Of a DNA stretch of 25,754 nucleotides, positions 9,214 through 16,438 are shown one piece after another. The translations under genes were made by a program, and so were the position numbers. The first letter of the stretch is position 1. Every line of letters starts with the position of its first letter. The notes beneath the pieces are model-generated. The model saw only the letters and a list, made by a program, of their open reading frames with translations. It was not told where the DNA came from and ran no database searches. Origin of the DNA: a virus (taxonomy: Duplodnaviria > Caudoviricetes); IMG/VR virus record IMGVR_UViG_3300042360_000358, positions 1 to 25,754 of that record. One strand, written 5' to 3'.

Positions 9214-9779
9214 TCTCCGCGATCCGCATGTGGCTCGATGTTGTGCTGCCGTTTTGGCGCATCGCTGCGGCATTGGCCACCGTCGCCGCGCTCGCTGGTG
9301 TGGTGTGGTGGGTGCGTGATACTGGAGTGCAGGCAGAGCGCGCCCGCTGGCAGATTAAAATGAGCAAATCCGACGCGCACTGGCAGGCTCAATTAGACGC
9401 GGCCAATGCGTCAAACCGCTCGAGCGAGCGGCGCAGCGCCCAAGCGATTGCAAACGTGTCAACCCGGTACCAACGCGAGATTAAAAATGTCGATGCGAAA
9501 AAAAATTATGATCGTAGTAGTGTGCGGCGCGGCAGCCTCCGGCTGTTCGACCGTCCCGATCACGCCACTAAACAAAACGATTGTCGAGCGGTGTCCGCAA
9601 CCAGTGACCCTACCGCCTCCACCCTCGGACGTGATGGTAGAGAGGCGACCGAACTTTCGCGAGCGACTACTGAAAATCTTTTTGACATCGTCAACGACGC
9701 CGATGCCGTCGTCGCACAACTTGCAGCCGCCCAGTCCGTAATTTTGGAATATCAAAAATTATGTGGCGCCGGCTTATGA
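9210..9779 (+). CDS. rz: Rz-like inner-membrane spanin
   Basis: N-terminal TM helix, coiled coil, VRRGSLRL and AELS...ADAVVAQL.A.Q..I motifs; follows the endolysin. Confidence 0.8.
   Translation: MISAIRMWLDVVLPFWRIAAALATVAALAGVVWWVRDTGVQAERARWQIKMSKSDAHWQAQLDAANASNRSSERRSAQAIANVSTRYQREIKNVDAKKNYDRSSVRRGSLRLFDRPDHATKQNDCRAVSATSDPTASTLGRDGREATELSRATTENLFDIVNDADAVVAQLAAAQSVILEYQKLCGAGL
9493..9741 (+). CDS. rz1: Rz1-like outer-membrane lipoprotein spanin, fully embedded in rz (+1 frame)
   Basis: MRKKIMIVVVCGAAASG-C lipoprotein signal and lipobox, Pro-rich mature part (CPQPVTLPPPPS); start could be ATG 9487 or 9493. Confidence 0.78.
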   Translation: MRKKIMIVVVCGAAASGCSTVPITPLNKTIVERCPQPVTLPPPPSDVMVERRPNFRERLLKIFLTSSTTPMPSSHNLQPPSP

Positions 9780-10019
9780 TCAGTCATCACAAACCGCCTT
9801 CCGCGCTCTAAGCTGCCATTGCTGGCAGCGCGTAGGTGCTGCGCTTATCGCCACCATCGCGCCTCGTGCATAGGCCGATTCGGCTCGCCTGTCTGCGGCT
9901 GCGTCAATCTCCGGGACGACGAAAAAATAAAACGTCATTGAGGCTATAGCTGCGCCAAGCGCGCAAAAAATCGTGAGGAGCGCGAGCGCAAAAATTGTGC
10001 GTTTATTGTGGTTTTTCAC
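9780..10019 (-). CDS. Hypothetical single-TM protein
   Basis: Basic N-terminus plus hydrophobic helix; last gene of the leftward operon, overlapping the upstream stop. Confidence 0.6.
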   Translation of the reverse strand: MKNHNKRTIFALALLTIFCALGAAIASMTFYFFVVPEIDAAADRRAESAYARGAMVAISAAPTRCQQWQLRARKAVCDD

Positions 10020-10222
10020 AACTTCTGTAACCTCATTTTGACAATTTTTATTTTTTTGTTTGCGATTTTGGTTTTGATTAAACCGATCTCGCGTTCAGTG
10101 TCAAAAATTTTTGTTTGCACTCGCCGCATCTCGCTCGCGTAGTCGGCGAGCAGGCGCGTATACGATGCGCGGTGACACTGTTCGCGCCATTGCAAAAACG
10201 TCAAATATATTTTTGTAATCAT
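10016..10222 (-). CDS. Hypothetical basic coiled-coil protein
   Basis: Start/stop overlaps with both neighbours. Confidence 0.55.
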   Translation of the reverse strand: MITKIYLTFLQWREQCHRASYTRLLADYASEMRRVQTKIFDTEREIGLIKTKIANKKIKIVKMRLQKL

Positions 10223-10713
10223 TTAATCTCCAATCGCGTCCCAGTTTGCAAACGCGCTCCCGGCACAAAATCGCCGGACTTTAGTCTGTCCCCGATTAGT
10301 TTTTTGTCAGGCACCGAAACGACTGGCGGGGTGCGTAAAAATTCGGCGGGTATGAGATCAGGGTTGTCGACAACCACGCTGGCCGGATTGCGTTTAATGG
10401 TCAGCGTCAAAAAAGGGCTGTCTATTTTTGTGATCCCGCACGCCTCCATGTTCGTCTTTAGGTATTCGGTGATCGAGTCGATTTTTTGCTCTAACCTTTT
10501 TCGCCGCTCGGCCATTTGATTTTCCGCTTCGCGGATTGCCTTCGCGGTCGCCTCTATGTTTTTGACAAATAAAGCGACGTTTTTTGATTTTTCCTCGACC
10601 GGGAATTGGAGTCCCTCTAGTGTGTCCCGTATTGTCTCTGCGTCTAAATCGGAGTTCTCAAGCACGGCTAGGGCCGTGCGGTATTCGGTCGTGAGTTCGT
10701 AGAGTGCCGTCAT
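10219..10713 (-). CDS. Siphovirus Gp157 family protein
   Basis: MTALYELT...DTLEGL...EEK..NVA, coiled coil, SVVVD...IPAEF, PDKK.I...LK.G..VPGA.L motifs. Confidence 0.9.
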   Translation of the reverse strand: MTALYELTTEYRTALAVLENSDLDAETIRDTLEGLQFPVEEKSKNVALFVKNIEATAKAIREAENQMAERRKRLEQKIDSITEYLKTNMEACGITKIDSPFLTLTIKRNPASVVVDNPDLIPAEFLRTPPVVSVPDKKLIGDRLKSGDFVPGARLQTGTRLEIK

Positions 10714-10723
10714 AATTTATGCC

Positions 10724-11359
10724 TCAAAATGGGATGTCGTCATCATCAAAACCGCCCCCGATTGGCTGGACGCCATGCCCTATATCCTGCCGCTCTGGAG
10801 GGGCTGGAGGCGCTTGCAACGCCAAAAATTCTGGGGTCGGCGTAATCAAATTTTTGTAGTAATCGGAGAGCGCATTAAATGACGCTAAAACAAATTCGTC
10901 GGGCTCAAGTGACAAATAAAACGACGGATTAATTTGCTCGGGCACCGGAGCACCTTTTGGCAACGCCATCAGCGCGGTAATGCGGGTTTTGTTTTTGTCG
11001 TTTGGCGTCAATTGCAACATGCAGGGTTTGCCCAAAATGTTTTTGGAGTCAAACCCTGCCAGCTCGGTTTGCGAAAACTCGCGACCGCGCCAGTTGACTA
11101 AATCGCGTCTCAAATTGGCCTTTTCTGCCAAGCTGGCCGTGTAGAATTTTGAGACAAAAAACGGCATCCCGGCGCGCTCCCCATCCGGCATCAGCTCGTT
11201 TGGTAGCTCAAAACCAATTACAACCTGACGCCTAAAAATTTTCGAGCCCTTGTACTCGCCCGGCTGCGTACCAATGTCGATCAGCCGAACGCATCGCGCA
11301 ACGTGCGTACCTGCTGGTGCCTGCGCAAAATCGCCGCTGCCTGTGTCAGTCCATTTCAT
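10724..11359 (-). CDS. SSB-like/phage replication protein (NGO0469-like) with acidic SSB-type tail
   Basis: APAGTHVARC.RLID.GTQ...SKFYT.SL.EKANLR.DL..WRGR.F...LGKPCML; C-terminus FDDDDIPF matches the bacterial SSB C-terminal interaction motif. Confidence 0.7.
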   Translation of the reverse strand: MKWTDTGSGDFAQAPAGTHVARCVRLIDIGTQPGEYKGSKIFRRQVVIGFELPNELMPDGERAGMPFFVSKFYTASLAEKANLRRDLVNWRGREFSQTELAGFDSKNILGKPCMLQLTPNDKNKTRITALMALPKGAPVPEQINPSFYLSLEPDEFVLASFNALSDYYKNLITPTPEFLALQAPPAPPERQDIGHGVQPIGGGFDDDDIPF

Positions 11360-11361
11360 TT

Positions 11362-11547
11362 TTAATCCTCATAATTTTGCTGCAATTTGTTAACTAAAAT
11401 TTCTTCCCGCGCAGTTTTGCCGCGCGGATTAAAAATCTCACGCAGTCCGCGCCAGCCGAGCACATCATGACCGTAGTCGTCTCGTGCCGGCGGTTGCTCG
11501 CGCCAATCTAAAAACGTCAAATCATAAGATGATTGCTTAATCGTCAG
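11362..11547 (-). CDS. Possible 61-aa hypothetical protein with a CTG start (absent from ORF track)
   Basis: Open frame exactly fills the gap between neighbours; GAGGAGGAGG RBS directly before CTG; in-frame TAG upstream excludes an earlier start. Confidence 0.4.
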   Translation of the reverse strand: MTIKQSSYDLTFLDWREQPPARDDYGHDVLGWRGLREIFNPRGKTAREEILVNKLQQNYED

Positions 11548-11722
11548 GATCCTCCTCCTCTAGCAAATCACGAACAGCGGCAGAGTACACGCTCAAATAC
11601 TCGGCGACCTCGTATCGGATGTCGAGCGCGCCAGCTCTGATTGACTCGCGGATCACGTCAACAGTCCGTCCGTGCAGTGCGTTGATTTGATCAAAAAATT
11701 TAACACGGTCGTGCGAGTTCAT
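11537..11722 (-). CDS. Hypothetical protein, first ORF of the leftward operon
   Basis: RBS GGAGGGAG upstream of ATG; acidic tail; no HTH or S24 peptidase signature. Confidence 0.65.
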   Translation of the reverse strand: MNSHDRVKFFDQINALHGRTVDVIRESIRAGALDIRYEVAEYLSVYSAAVRDLLEEEDPDD

Positions 11723-11922
11723 TGGTCGCTCCCTCCCTATAAAAAAAATTTGTGCTGTGCCATTTTGTTGCTAGTCGCGCTCGCTTTCTCCGCAGATTCG
11801 CCAGATCGGTGGCCCCGTGTAGGGTTTCGCTCACGCCGCACCGTCGCGCTGTCCCCGCGCTCGCTCGCCTATTGGCCACACTCCTGCGGGGAGCCGATGC
11901 AATACTGTACATCGACAACAAC

Positions 11923-11952
11923 ACTATAACGGATTGCGCTGCCGCTTGTCAA
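11923..11952 (-). promoter_or_regulatory. Leftward sigma70-type promoter
   Basis: Minus strand TTGACA (11952-11947), 18 bp, TATAGT (11928-11923). Confidence 0.75.
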
Positions 11953-11976
11953 CAATTTTTATAGAGTTTTGGAGCG

Positions 11977-12005
11977 TTGACAAAATCGCAGCGCGAGCGT
12001 AAAGT
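11977..12005 (+). promoter_or_regulatory. Rightward sigma70-type promoter for the Cro-like gene
   Basis: TTGACA (11977-11982), 17 bp, TAAAGT (12000-12005). Confidence 0.75.
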
Positions 12006-12036
12006 GCGGTCAACACAATAACCTGAGCAAAAAAAA

Positions 12037-12309
12037 ATGGTGCCTATCATAAACTTAAACAAAAATTGTCCCGAGATCGACCTGATCATCCACGAGCATT
12101 TTTTTGGCAAAACCCGCCTACTACAGGAGGCGCTCGGCGTCACTCGCGCCTGCGTCTCAATCTGGCGTAGGCGCGGCATCCCGGCGATGAGGCGGTACCA
12201 TATAGACGCGGTGATCCGGGAGCGTTCCGGGCGCTTGGAGGGCGATGGCAAAGGCAAGGGCAAAAAAAAACCGCTCCCCTCTGTCGAGGAAATAATCGGA
12301 ATTTTTTAA
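12037..12309 (+). CDS. Cro-like helix-turn-helix regulator
   Basis: FFGKTRLLQEALGVTRACVSIWRRRGIP pattern typical of Cro/YdaS HTH; first gene after the rightward promoter. Confidence 0.75.
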   Translation: MVPIINLNKNCPEIDLIIHEHFFGKTRLLQEALGVTRACVSIWRRRGIPAMRRYHIDAVIRERSGRLEGDGKGKGKKKPLPSVEEIIGIF

Positions 12310-12401
12310 TTGTAAATCGACACACGCGCTGCGGCATACCTTGGGATTGTCAGACCGCTGGGAGTCGGTAGTACCCTGCCGCAGGCGTGGAGCGGCAGGG
12401 C

Positions 12402-12430
12402 TTGACAATGTTGTAAAAATATGGTTTAAT
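12402..12430 (+). promoter_or_regulatory. Sigma70-type promoter upstream of the replication region
   Basis: TTGACA (12402-12407), 17 bp, TTTAAT (12425-12430) with extended -10 TG at 12422-12423. Confidence 0.7.
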
Positions 12431-12442
12431 TTTTTAGTTGAT

Positions 12443-12541
12443 TGCACAGTCAGCATCAAACGATTTTTAGGCGAGAGTTCAGGGGCTATGCCCTGCCCGG
12501 CGTTGTGCACCGGGCCTCTCCCCTAAAGGTCGTTTTTTTTT
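12443..12541 (+). ncRNA. Candidate structured leader RNA/attenuator (three-way junction, possible pseudoknot, U9 tail)
   Basis: 14-bp stem 12458-12471/12522-12535 (two G-U), GAGAG/CTCTC, inner hairpins CAGGG/CCCTG and CCCGG/CCGGG, loop TGTGCA complementary to 5' TGCACA, then T9. Confidence 0.6.
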
Positions 12542-12746
12542 GTCTCAAAATCCCTCAGCAACAAATCAGCACGAGGGAGCCATGCGCGGGCGTGGGCTGG
12601 GCGCGAGCAATCGCGGGGCTGCAAAGCCGGGGGTCCGCAGGGGCGCTGTCCGACGTCGACTCAGGGTCAGGTGCCTGCTCTCTCTCCCTCTGGGGGGTAG
12701 GGGGGGCATGGGAGCGTGAACCGCGCAATCTAGGGTCAGGCAGTTA

Positions 12747-12797
12747 GGACAAACAAGCAAACAAGCAAACAGGACAAACAAACAAGCAAACACAAGG
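12747..12797 (+). repeat. CAAACAAG-type tandem repeats (candidate origin/unwinding element)
   Basis: ggacaaacaagcaaacaagcaaacaggacaaacaaacaagcaaacacaagg; no T on the plus strand. Confidence 0.8.
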
Positions 12798-12805
12798 CGA
12801 CTACT

Positions 12806-13084
12806 ATGAGCAAAAAAACATTGATAGGAGATTGGGCACCAGATGCGAAATTATTGGCGTGGTGCCACGCGCATGGGTACGACGCGGATGCGCATTACGA
12901 GTTTTTTAGGGATTATTGTTTGGCCAATGGTGCGAAATATGCGAGTTTTGACGCCGCGTTCAGAAATTGCTGCCGCGCTGACTGGGGCCAAATCCGAAAA
13001 AATCAAACGCTCGGCCAAAATCACCAAACAAAACAGGATCGGCGAGCCAGTACAATCGCAGGTCTGGTCGGTGGCGAGATATGA
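12806..13084 (+). CDS. DnaT-like domain replication protein (stand-alone C-terminal initiator domain)
   Basis: DWAPD....W......F.DY..ANG.KY..FDAAFRN pattern resembles the C-terminal DnaT-like domain of lambdoid initiators; in-frame TAG at 12731 rules out an N-terminal extension. Confidence 0.65.
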   Translation: MSKKTLIGDWAPDAKLLAWCHAHGYDADAHYEFFRDYCLANGAKYASFDAAFRNCCRADWGQIRKNQTLGQNHQTKQDRRASTIAGLVGGEI

Positions 13085-13608
13085 GCGTCAACGCCAGACT
13101 AGACGCGGCGACCGCGAACAAAACCGTTGAGCGGTTATTTGCGCGCATGGCCGCGCTGTACGGCTCTAAATTTGCCGATCAATGGGCGGGCATCAACCCT
13201 GCCGACGTTAAAAAATGCTGGTCGGAGGAAATCGCTGCCTATCCGATGCAGCAAATCGCCGCTGCTGTCAACGCGCTCACGACCAAAAATTGGCCGCCGA
13301 CCCTGCCCGAGTTTTTGGAGCTAATTGAGGATCAGCGCCCTAGGCTCGCTACCGCGGCCTACAAGCCAACAAAATCTGTTGACGCGGTAGACACTCAAGC
13401 TCCTGACGTTTTGGCCGCCAAGGCGCGTTGTATGGCGTCTATGGCGCGTGGTTTCACCGCCCCAACGCCCGCCTGGGCGTATCGAGCGAAACGCCGCTGG
13501 CTCGATGGTGAGGTCAGGCACTCGCCAGACGTGACGGTCATGATCAATCGCGTCATTGAGCGCGACCGAGGTATGCACGACCCATTTTTACAAATTGAGC
13601 GGAGCTAA
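13081..13608 (+). CDS. Lambda P-like replication protein/helicase loader
   Basis: ERLFARMAALYGSKFADQW...W.EE...WPPTLPEF motif; ATGA overlap with the upstream gene. Confidence 0.7.
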   Translation: MSVNARLDAATANKTVERLFARMAALYGSKFADQWAGINPADVKKCWSEEIAAYPMQQIAAAVNALTTKNWPPTLPEFLELIEDQRPRLATAAYKPTKSVDAVDTQAPDVLAAKARCMASMARGFTAPTPAWAYRAKRRWLDGEVRHSPDVTVMINRVIERDRGMHDPFLQIERS

Positions 13609-13611
13609 AAA

Positions 13612-13797
13612 ATGAAAATTGTGTTGGAAATTGACAACGATTGCATACCCAAAATCAACGGGTTCGACGTCGCCCCAATTATTTTTGAGGCTATAAAAAC
13701 CAATCCAAAATGGTGGTTTGACTCTGCCGATGTTGTGCAGATCGAGGGTACGTTTGGCCGGTACACGGAGGATAGGTGCGATGTGGGGGCCCCGTGA
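13612..13797 (+). CDS. Hypothetical protein
   Basis: GGAG RBS; fits operon tiling. Confidence 0.55.
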   Translation: MKIVLEIDNDCIPKINGFDVAPIIFEAIKTNPKWWFDSADVVQIEGTFGRYTEDRCDVGAP

Positions 13798-14027
13798 AAA
13801 ACGCGGTTAAAAAACTGGTTGAGCAGGGGATTACCGATCCCGCCGTCATCGCCTGCACGCTGCACATTAAACGCGCACGGGTAGAGACTGCGCTCGCGTG
13901 GATTGCGCGGGACACAGATCGAGCAAAAAAAAACGCGACAAAAAAATCAACGCGATTGCAACGGCAAATTTGTTGGTCGACCATGCCGCTGGTAGTCCGA
14001 GAGGAGCGCGGCCATGCCGTCGATTAA
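13794..14027 (+). CDS. Hypothetical basic protein, possible HTH
   Basis: GTG start overlaps the upstream TGA; QGITDPAVIACTLHIKRARVETAL is HTH-like. Confidence 0.5.
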   Translation: MKNAVKKLVEQGITDPAVIACTLHIKRARVETALAWIARDTDRAKKNATKKSTRLQRQICWSTMPLVVREERGHAVD

Positions 14028-14397
14028 ACGCGACTCCACACCGCTGGAGTCGGATGAGCAAATCGCATTTATCCAGTGGTGCCTAATGGCAGGCGCGCCC
14101 TACAACACGATTTTTGCGATACCGAACGGCGGCAAGCGGCACATTAGCACAGCGGCGCGACTCAGGCGCGAGGGCGTGCGCCCGGGCGTCCCCGATTTGT
14201 TTTTGCCGTTTGCCGCCTGCGGGGCGCATGGGTTATTTGTTGAGTTAAAACGCATCAAGGGCGGCTCGGCTACACAGCACCAAAAATTGTGGGAGGACGT
14301 GTTGCAAAAAAACGGCTACGCGCACGTCTATGCCATGGGGTGTGATGACGCTATTAAAAAAATAAAATTGTACGTCAACGGCGGAGCAAAATTTTAG
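14014..14397 (+). CDS. VRR-NUC domain nuclease
   Basis: E..EQ...FAIPNGGKR...GV.PGVPDL...LFVELK...Q..W...L...GY PD-(D/E)XK signature. Confidence 0.9.
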   Translation: MPSIKRDSTPLESDEQIAFIQWCLMAGAPYNTIFAIPNGGKRHISTAARLRREGVRPGVPDLFLPFAACGAHGLFVELKRIKGGSATQHQKLWEDVLQKNGYAHVYAMGCDDAIKKIKLYVNGGAKF

Positions 14398-14413
14398 GAG
14401 GAGGGCTATTTTC

Positions 14414-14809
14414 ATGAGCGCAGAAAATTTGGTTGACCAGTATTTCAGTTGGTTGAAATCAAAGACCGCTTGGCGAGAAATCAATGGATGGACTGAGATA
14501 ACAACGCCCTATCTTGACCGTCACAATGATTACATCCAGATATACCTCAGGCAAAACGGCGATGAATGGGAGTTGACCGACGATGGCGAAACGTTGACAG
14601 ACTTGATTCAGTCAGGATGCGAACTCGATACTCCGCGCCTTAAGGCGTTGCTGCAAACTACCCTGAATGGGTTTGGCATGCACCTCGAGAATGGTGCAAT
14701 CACAGCAAAGACCAAGCAAGACTCGTTTGCCTTACGAAAACACAACCTGATTCAGGCAATTCTGGCGGTCAACGACTTGTTTCGGATTGCGAATACCCAA
14801 AATTTTTAG
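14414..14809 (+). CDS. DUF1828 domain protein (no DUF1829 half)
   Basis: EITTPYLDRHNDYIQIY...LTDDG.TL.DL..SG...KHNLIQAILAVNDLF motif. Confidence 0.8.
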   Translation: MSAENLVDQYFSWLKSKTAWREINGWTEITTPYLDRHNDYIQIYLRQNGDEWELTDDGETLTDLIQSGCELDTPRLKALLQTTLNGFGMHLENGAITAKTKQDSFALRKHNLIQAILAVNDLFRIANTQNF

Positions 14810-14823
14810 GAGGAGGTTGAAAA

Positions 14824-15165
14824 ATGTTGAACGTGAAACAGCTCACCATCGACGAGGCGACGCAGCATGCACAGCTCATGATCGACGCGGCAGCGGACCG
14901 GGCAGATCGCGAGTACAGCGGCTGGTCGAGTTTGGCCTATGCGTTTTTGCGGCATTTTGTCCGAGACAAAAAAAATTTTTGGCCGTGGGAATTGATTGAG
15001 GCGTCCATAGATTTTGGCCTAGTACAACCTAAAAACCTGCGGGCGTGGGGAGGCGTGTATCAACGCGCATCCCGCGAAAAATTGATTGTTCGCGGCTCGC
15101 GGCTAGGCAAACATCCTAACCGTCACGGGACTTTAGTCCCAATCTGGGACGTCGTGCAAAAATGA
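14824..15165 (+). CDS. Conserved hypothetical phage protein
   Basis: AGGAGG RBS; P...RAWGGV...A....LI motif seen in phage hypotheticals. Confidence 0.7.
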   Translation: MLNVKQLTIDEATQHAQLMIDAAADRADREYSGWSSLAYAFLRHFVRDKKNFWPWELIEASIDFGLVQPKNLRAWGGVYQRASREKLIVRGSRLGKHPNRHGTLVPIWDVVQK

Positions 15166-15665
15166 CTACACCAATTTTTTCGGATGAGGTGCAGCTCGCC
15201 GGGTGGAGCGAGAGTCATACGTCTGGGGCTAAAATCACATTTTGGCTCTCTGACCCCGCACAGTTGAGCGCGTTCCGCGGCATGACGGAGCGACGCGGCA
15301 AAACGGCAGGGCAGCGTCTGGCGATGGTGCTCGTCGAGATCAACGATGATGAGACGCTGGCCGATGAGCCGCCATCAACCACAAAACTAGGCCCGTTGTG
15401 CGCGCTGGCGGTGGCGTGGTGCAGTGATGCGCCATTTTTGGCATGGTGGCAACGGCAGCGCGGTCACATGGCTGGCGATGTTGATGTGCGCGGCGACATT
15501 TTGGCGACGTGCGGCATTAGATCACGTCGAGAGTTAGACGCGGACGCGAGGGCGGCAGCGGTGTTTAATGATGTTTTTAGGCTGCCATACATGGCGCACT
15601 GCCGCGAGGCGGCGGCGGTCGAGTACGGTTTTGACAAAATCCACCGCCGGATCGGCGAGTTGTAA
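15162..15665 (+). CDS. Hypothetical phage protein
   Basis: ATGA overlap; A..WC....F..W...CGI.SRRELD motif. Confidence 0.7.
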   Translation: MTTPIFSDEVQLAGWSESHTSGAKITFWLSDPAQLSAFRGMTERRGKTAGQRLAMVLVEINDDETLADEPPSTTKLGPLCALAVAWCSDAPFLAWWQRQRGHMAGDVDVRGDILATCGIRSRRELDADARAAAVFNDVFRLPYMAHCREAAAVEYGFDKIHRRIGEL

Positions 15666-15674
15666 AAATATTTT

Positions 15675-15799
15675 GATTATTTTGCAAAAAAGTGTTGACA
15701 AGCCAAAATTAAGCGCGTATAGTACACACATTGGCTCAACCTGAGCCAGCTGGCGCACCGCAGAGCTTGGTGCAGGAGATCAAAATGCTTAACGTCCAA
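15675..15799 (+). repeat. 125-bp promoter-leader-RBS cassette, copy 1
   Basis: TTGACA 15695-15700, 17 bp, TATAGT 15718-15723, two hairpins, AGGAG, ATG 15785; repeated 726 bp downstream. Confidence 0.92.
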
Positions 15800-16075
15800 A
15801 ACAATCAACTTATCATCACGCGCAAAATGAGCGGCACGGGCAGCGCTCACGATTTGGCAAGCGACCAATATGACCGGTGCGTGCTGCTCCACAAGCGCAC
15901 TCAGTTTGTTGTTGTTCTGCCGGCCTACTTTAATGCCACGCCAACCCGTCACAATACATTCGGCGGCGCTTTGGGCGCGGTTAAAAAACTGGTACGACAA
16001 GGGTACGCGCCAACGGTTATTGACCGCGCTGGCACTACATACTCGCACGCCTATGGCGACTTGGTCAAAGATTAA
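15785..16075 (+). CDS. Hypothetical protein (early/moron gene 1)
   Basis: ATG 15785 behind the AGGAG RBS of the cassette; the track start 15731 lies inside the leader. Confidence 0.75.
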   Translation: MLNVQNNQLIITRKMSGTGSAHDLASDQYDRCVLLHKRTQFVVVLPAYFNATPTRHNTFGGALGAVKKLVRQGYAPTVIDRAGTTYSHAYGDLVKD

Positions 16076-16085
16076 GTAAAAAGGC

Positions 16086-16107
16086 TGGGGCCACGAAAGC
16101 GGCCCCA
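16086..16107 (+). terminator. Hairpin after cassette gene 1, weak intrinsic terminator
   Basis: TGGGGCC-acgaaagc-GGCCCCA followed by tattt. Confidence 0.5.
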
Positions 16108-16117
16108 TATTTATCAA

Positions 16118-16438
16118 ATGAAGATAAAACTCTGTTTCCCGCCCGCGGGCATTGAGGCGATTAAAGCCCTAGGCCTGCGCCAAAAAAATCCTGAGACACT
16201 GCGCCTCACCACTCAGCACGGCTCAAGCAATCACGGGATCGGCGTTTTGCTTCGCGGCAAGTCCGGCGAGATCCTAGATGGACGCAGTTTTGAGGCTATG
16301 CACAAAGGGTTCGGCGCGTGGATTGAGTGTGACAGCGCCGGCACTAAGCGGCGCGTTGGCAATGCTCTGGCGTGTTTTGGCGACGACCATAATATGATTA
16401 GATTATTTTGCAAAAAACTGTTGACAATACAAAATTAG
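16118..16438 (+). CDS. Hypothetical protein
   Basis: 106-aa ORF filling the gap; no clear RBS; its 3' end runs into cassette copy 2. Confidence 0.5.
   Translation: MKIKLCFPPAGIEAIKALGLRQKNPETLRLTTQHGSSNHGIGVLLRGKSGEILDGRSFEAMHKGFGAWIECDSAGTKRRVGNALACFGDDHNMIRLFCKKLLTIQN

Noticed and set aside
11900-11922. LexA SOS box near the leftward promoter (TACTGTACATCGACAACA)
   Set aside because: Right half is not CAG at the CTG-N10-CAG spacing; better explained as part of an RNA hairpin.
12442-12793. ORFs 12442-12747 (+) and 12566-12793 (-) as proteins, e.g. missing initiator N-terminus
   Set aside because: No RBS or HTH signature, they cross a terminator-like structure and simple repeats, and are not in frame with 12806.
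12747-12797. CRISPR array (also considered for 15675-16525 and 16880-17404 repeats)
   Set aside because: No 25-45 bp repeats with regular unique spacers and no cas genes.
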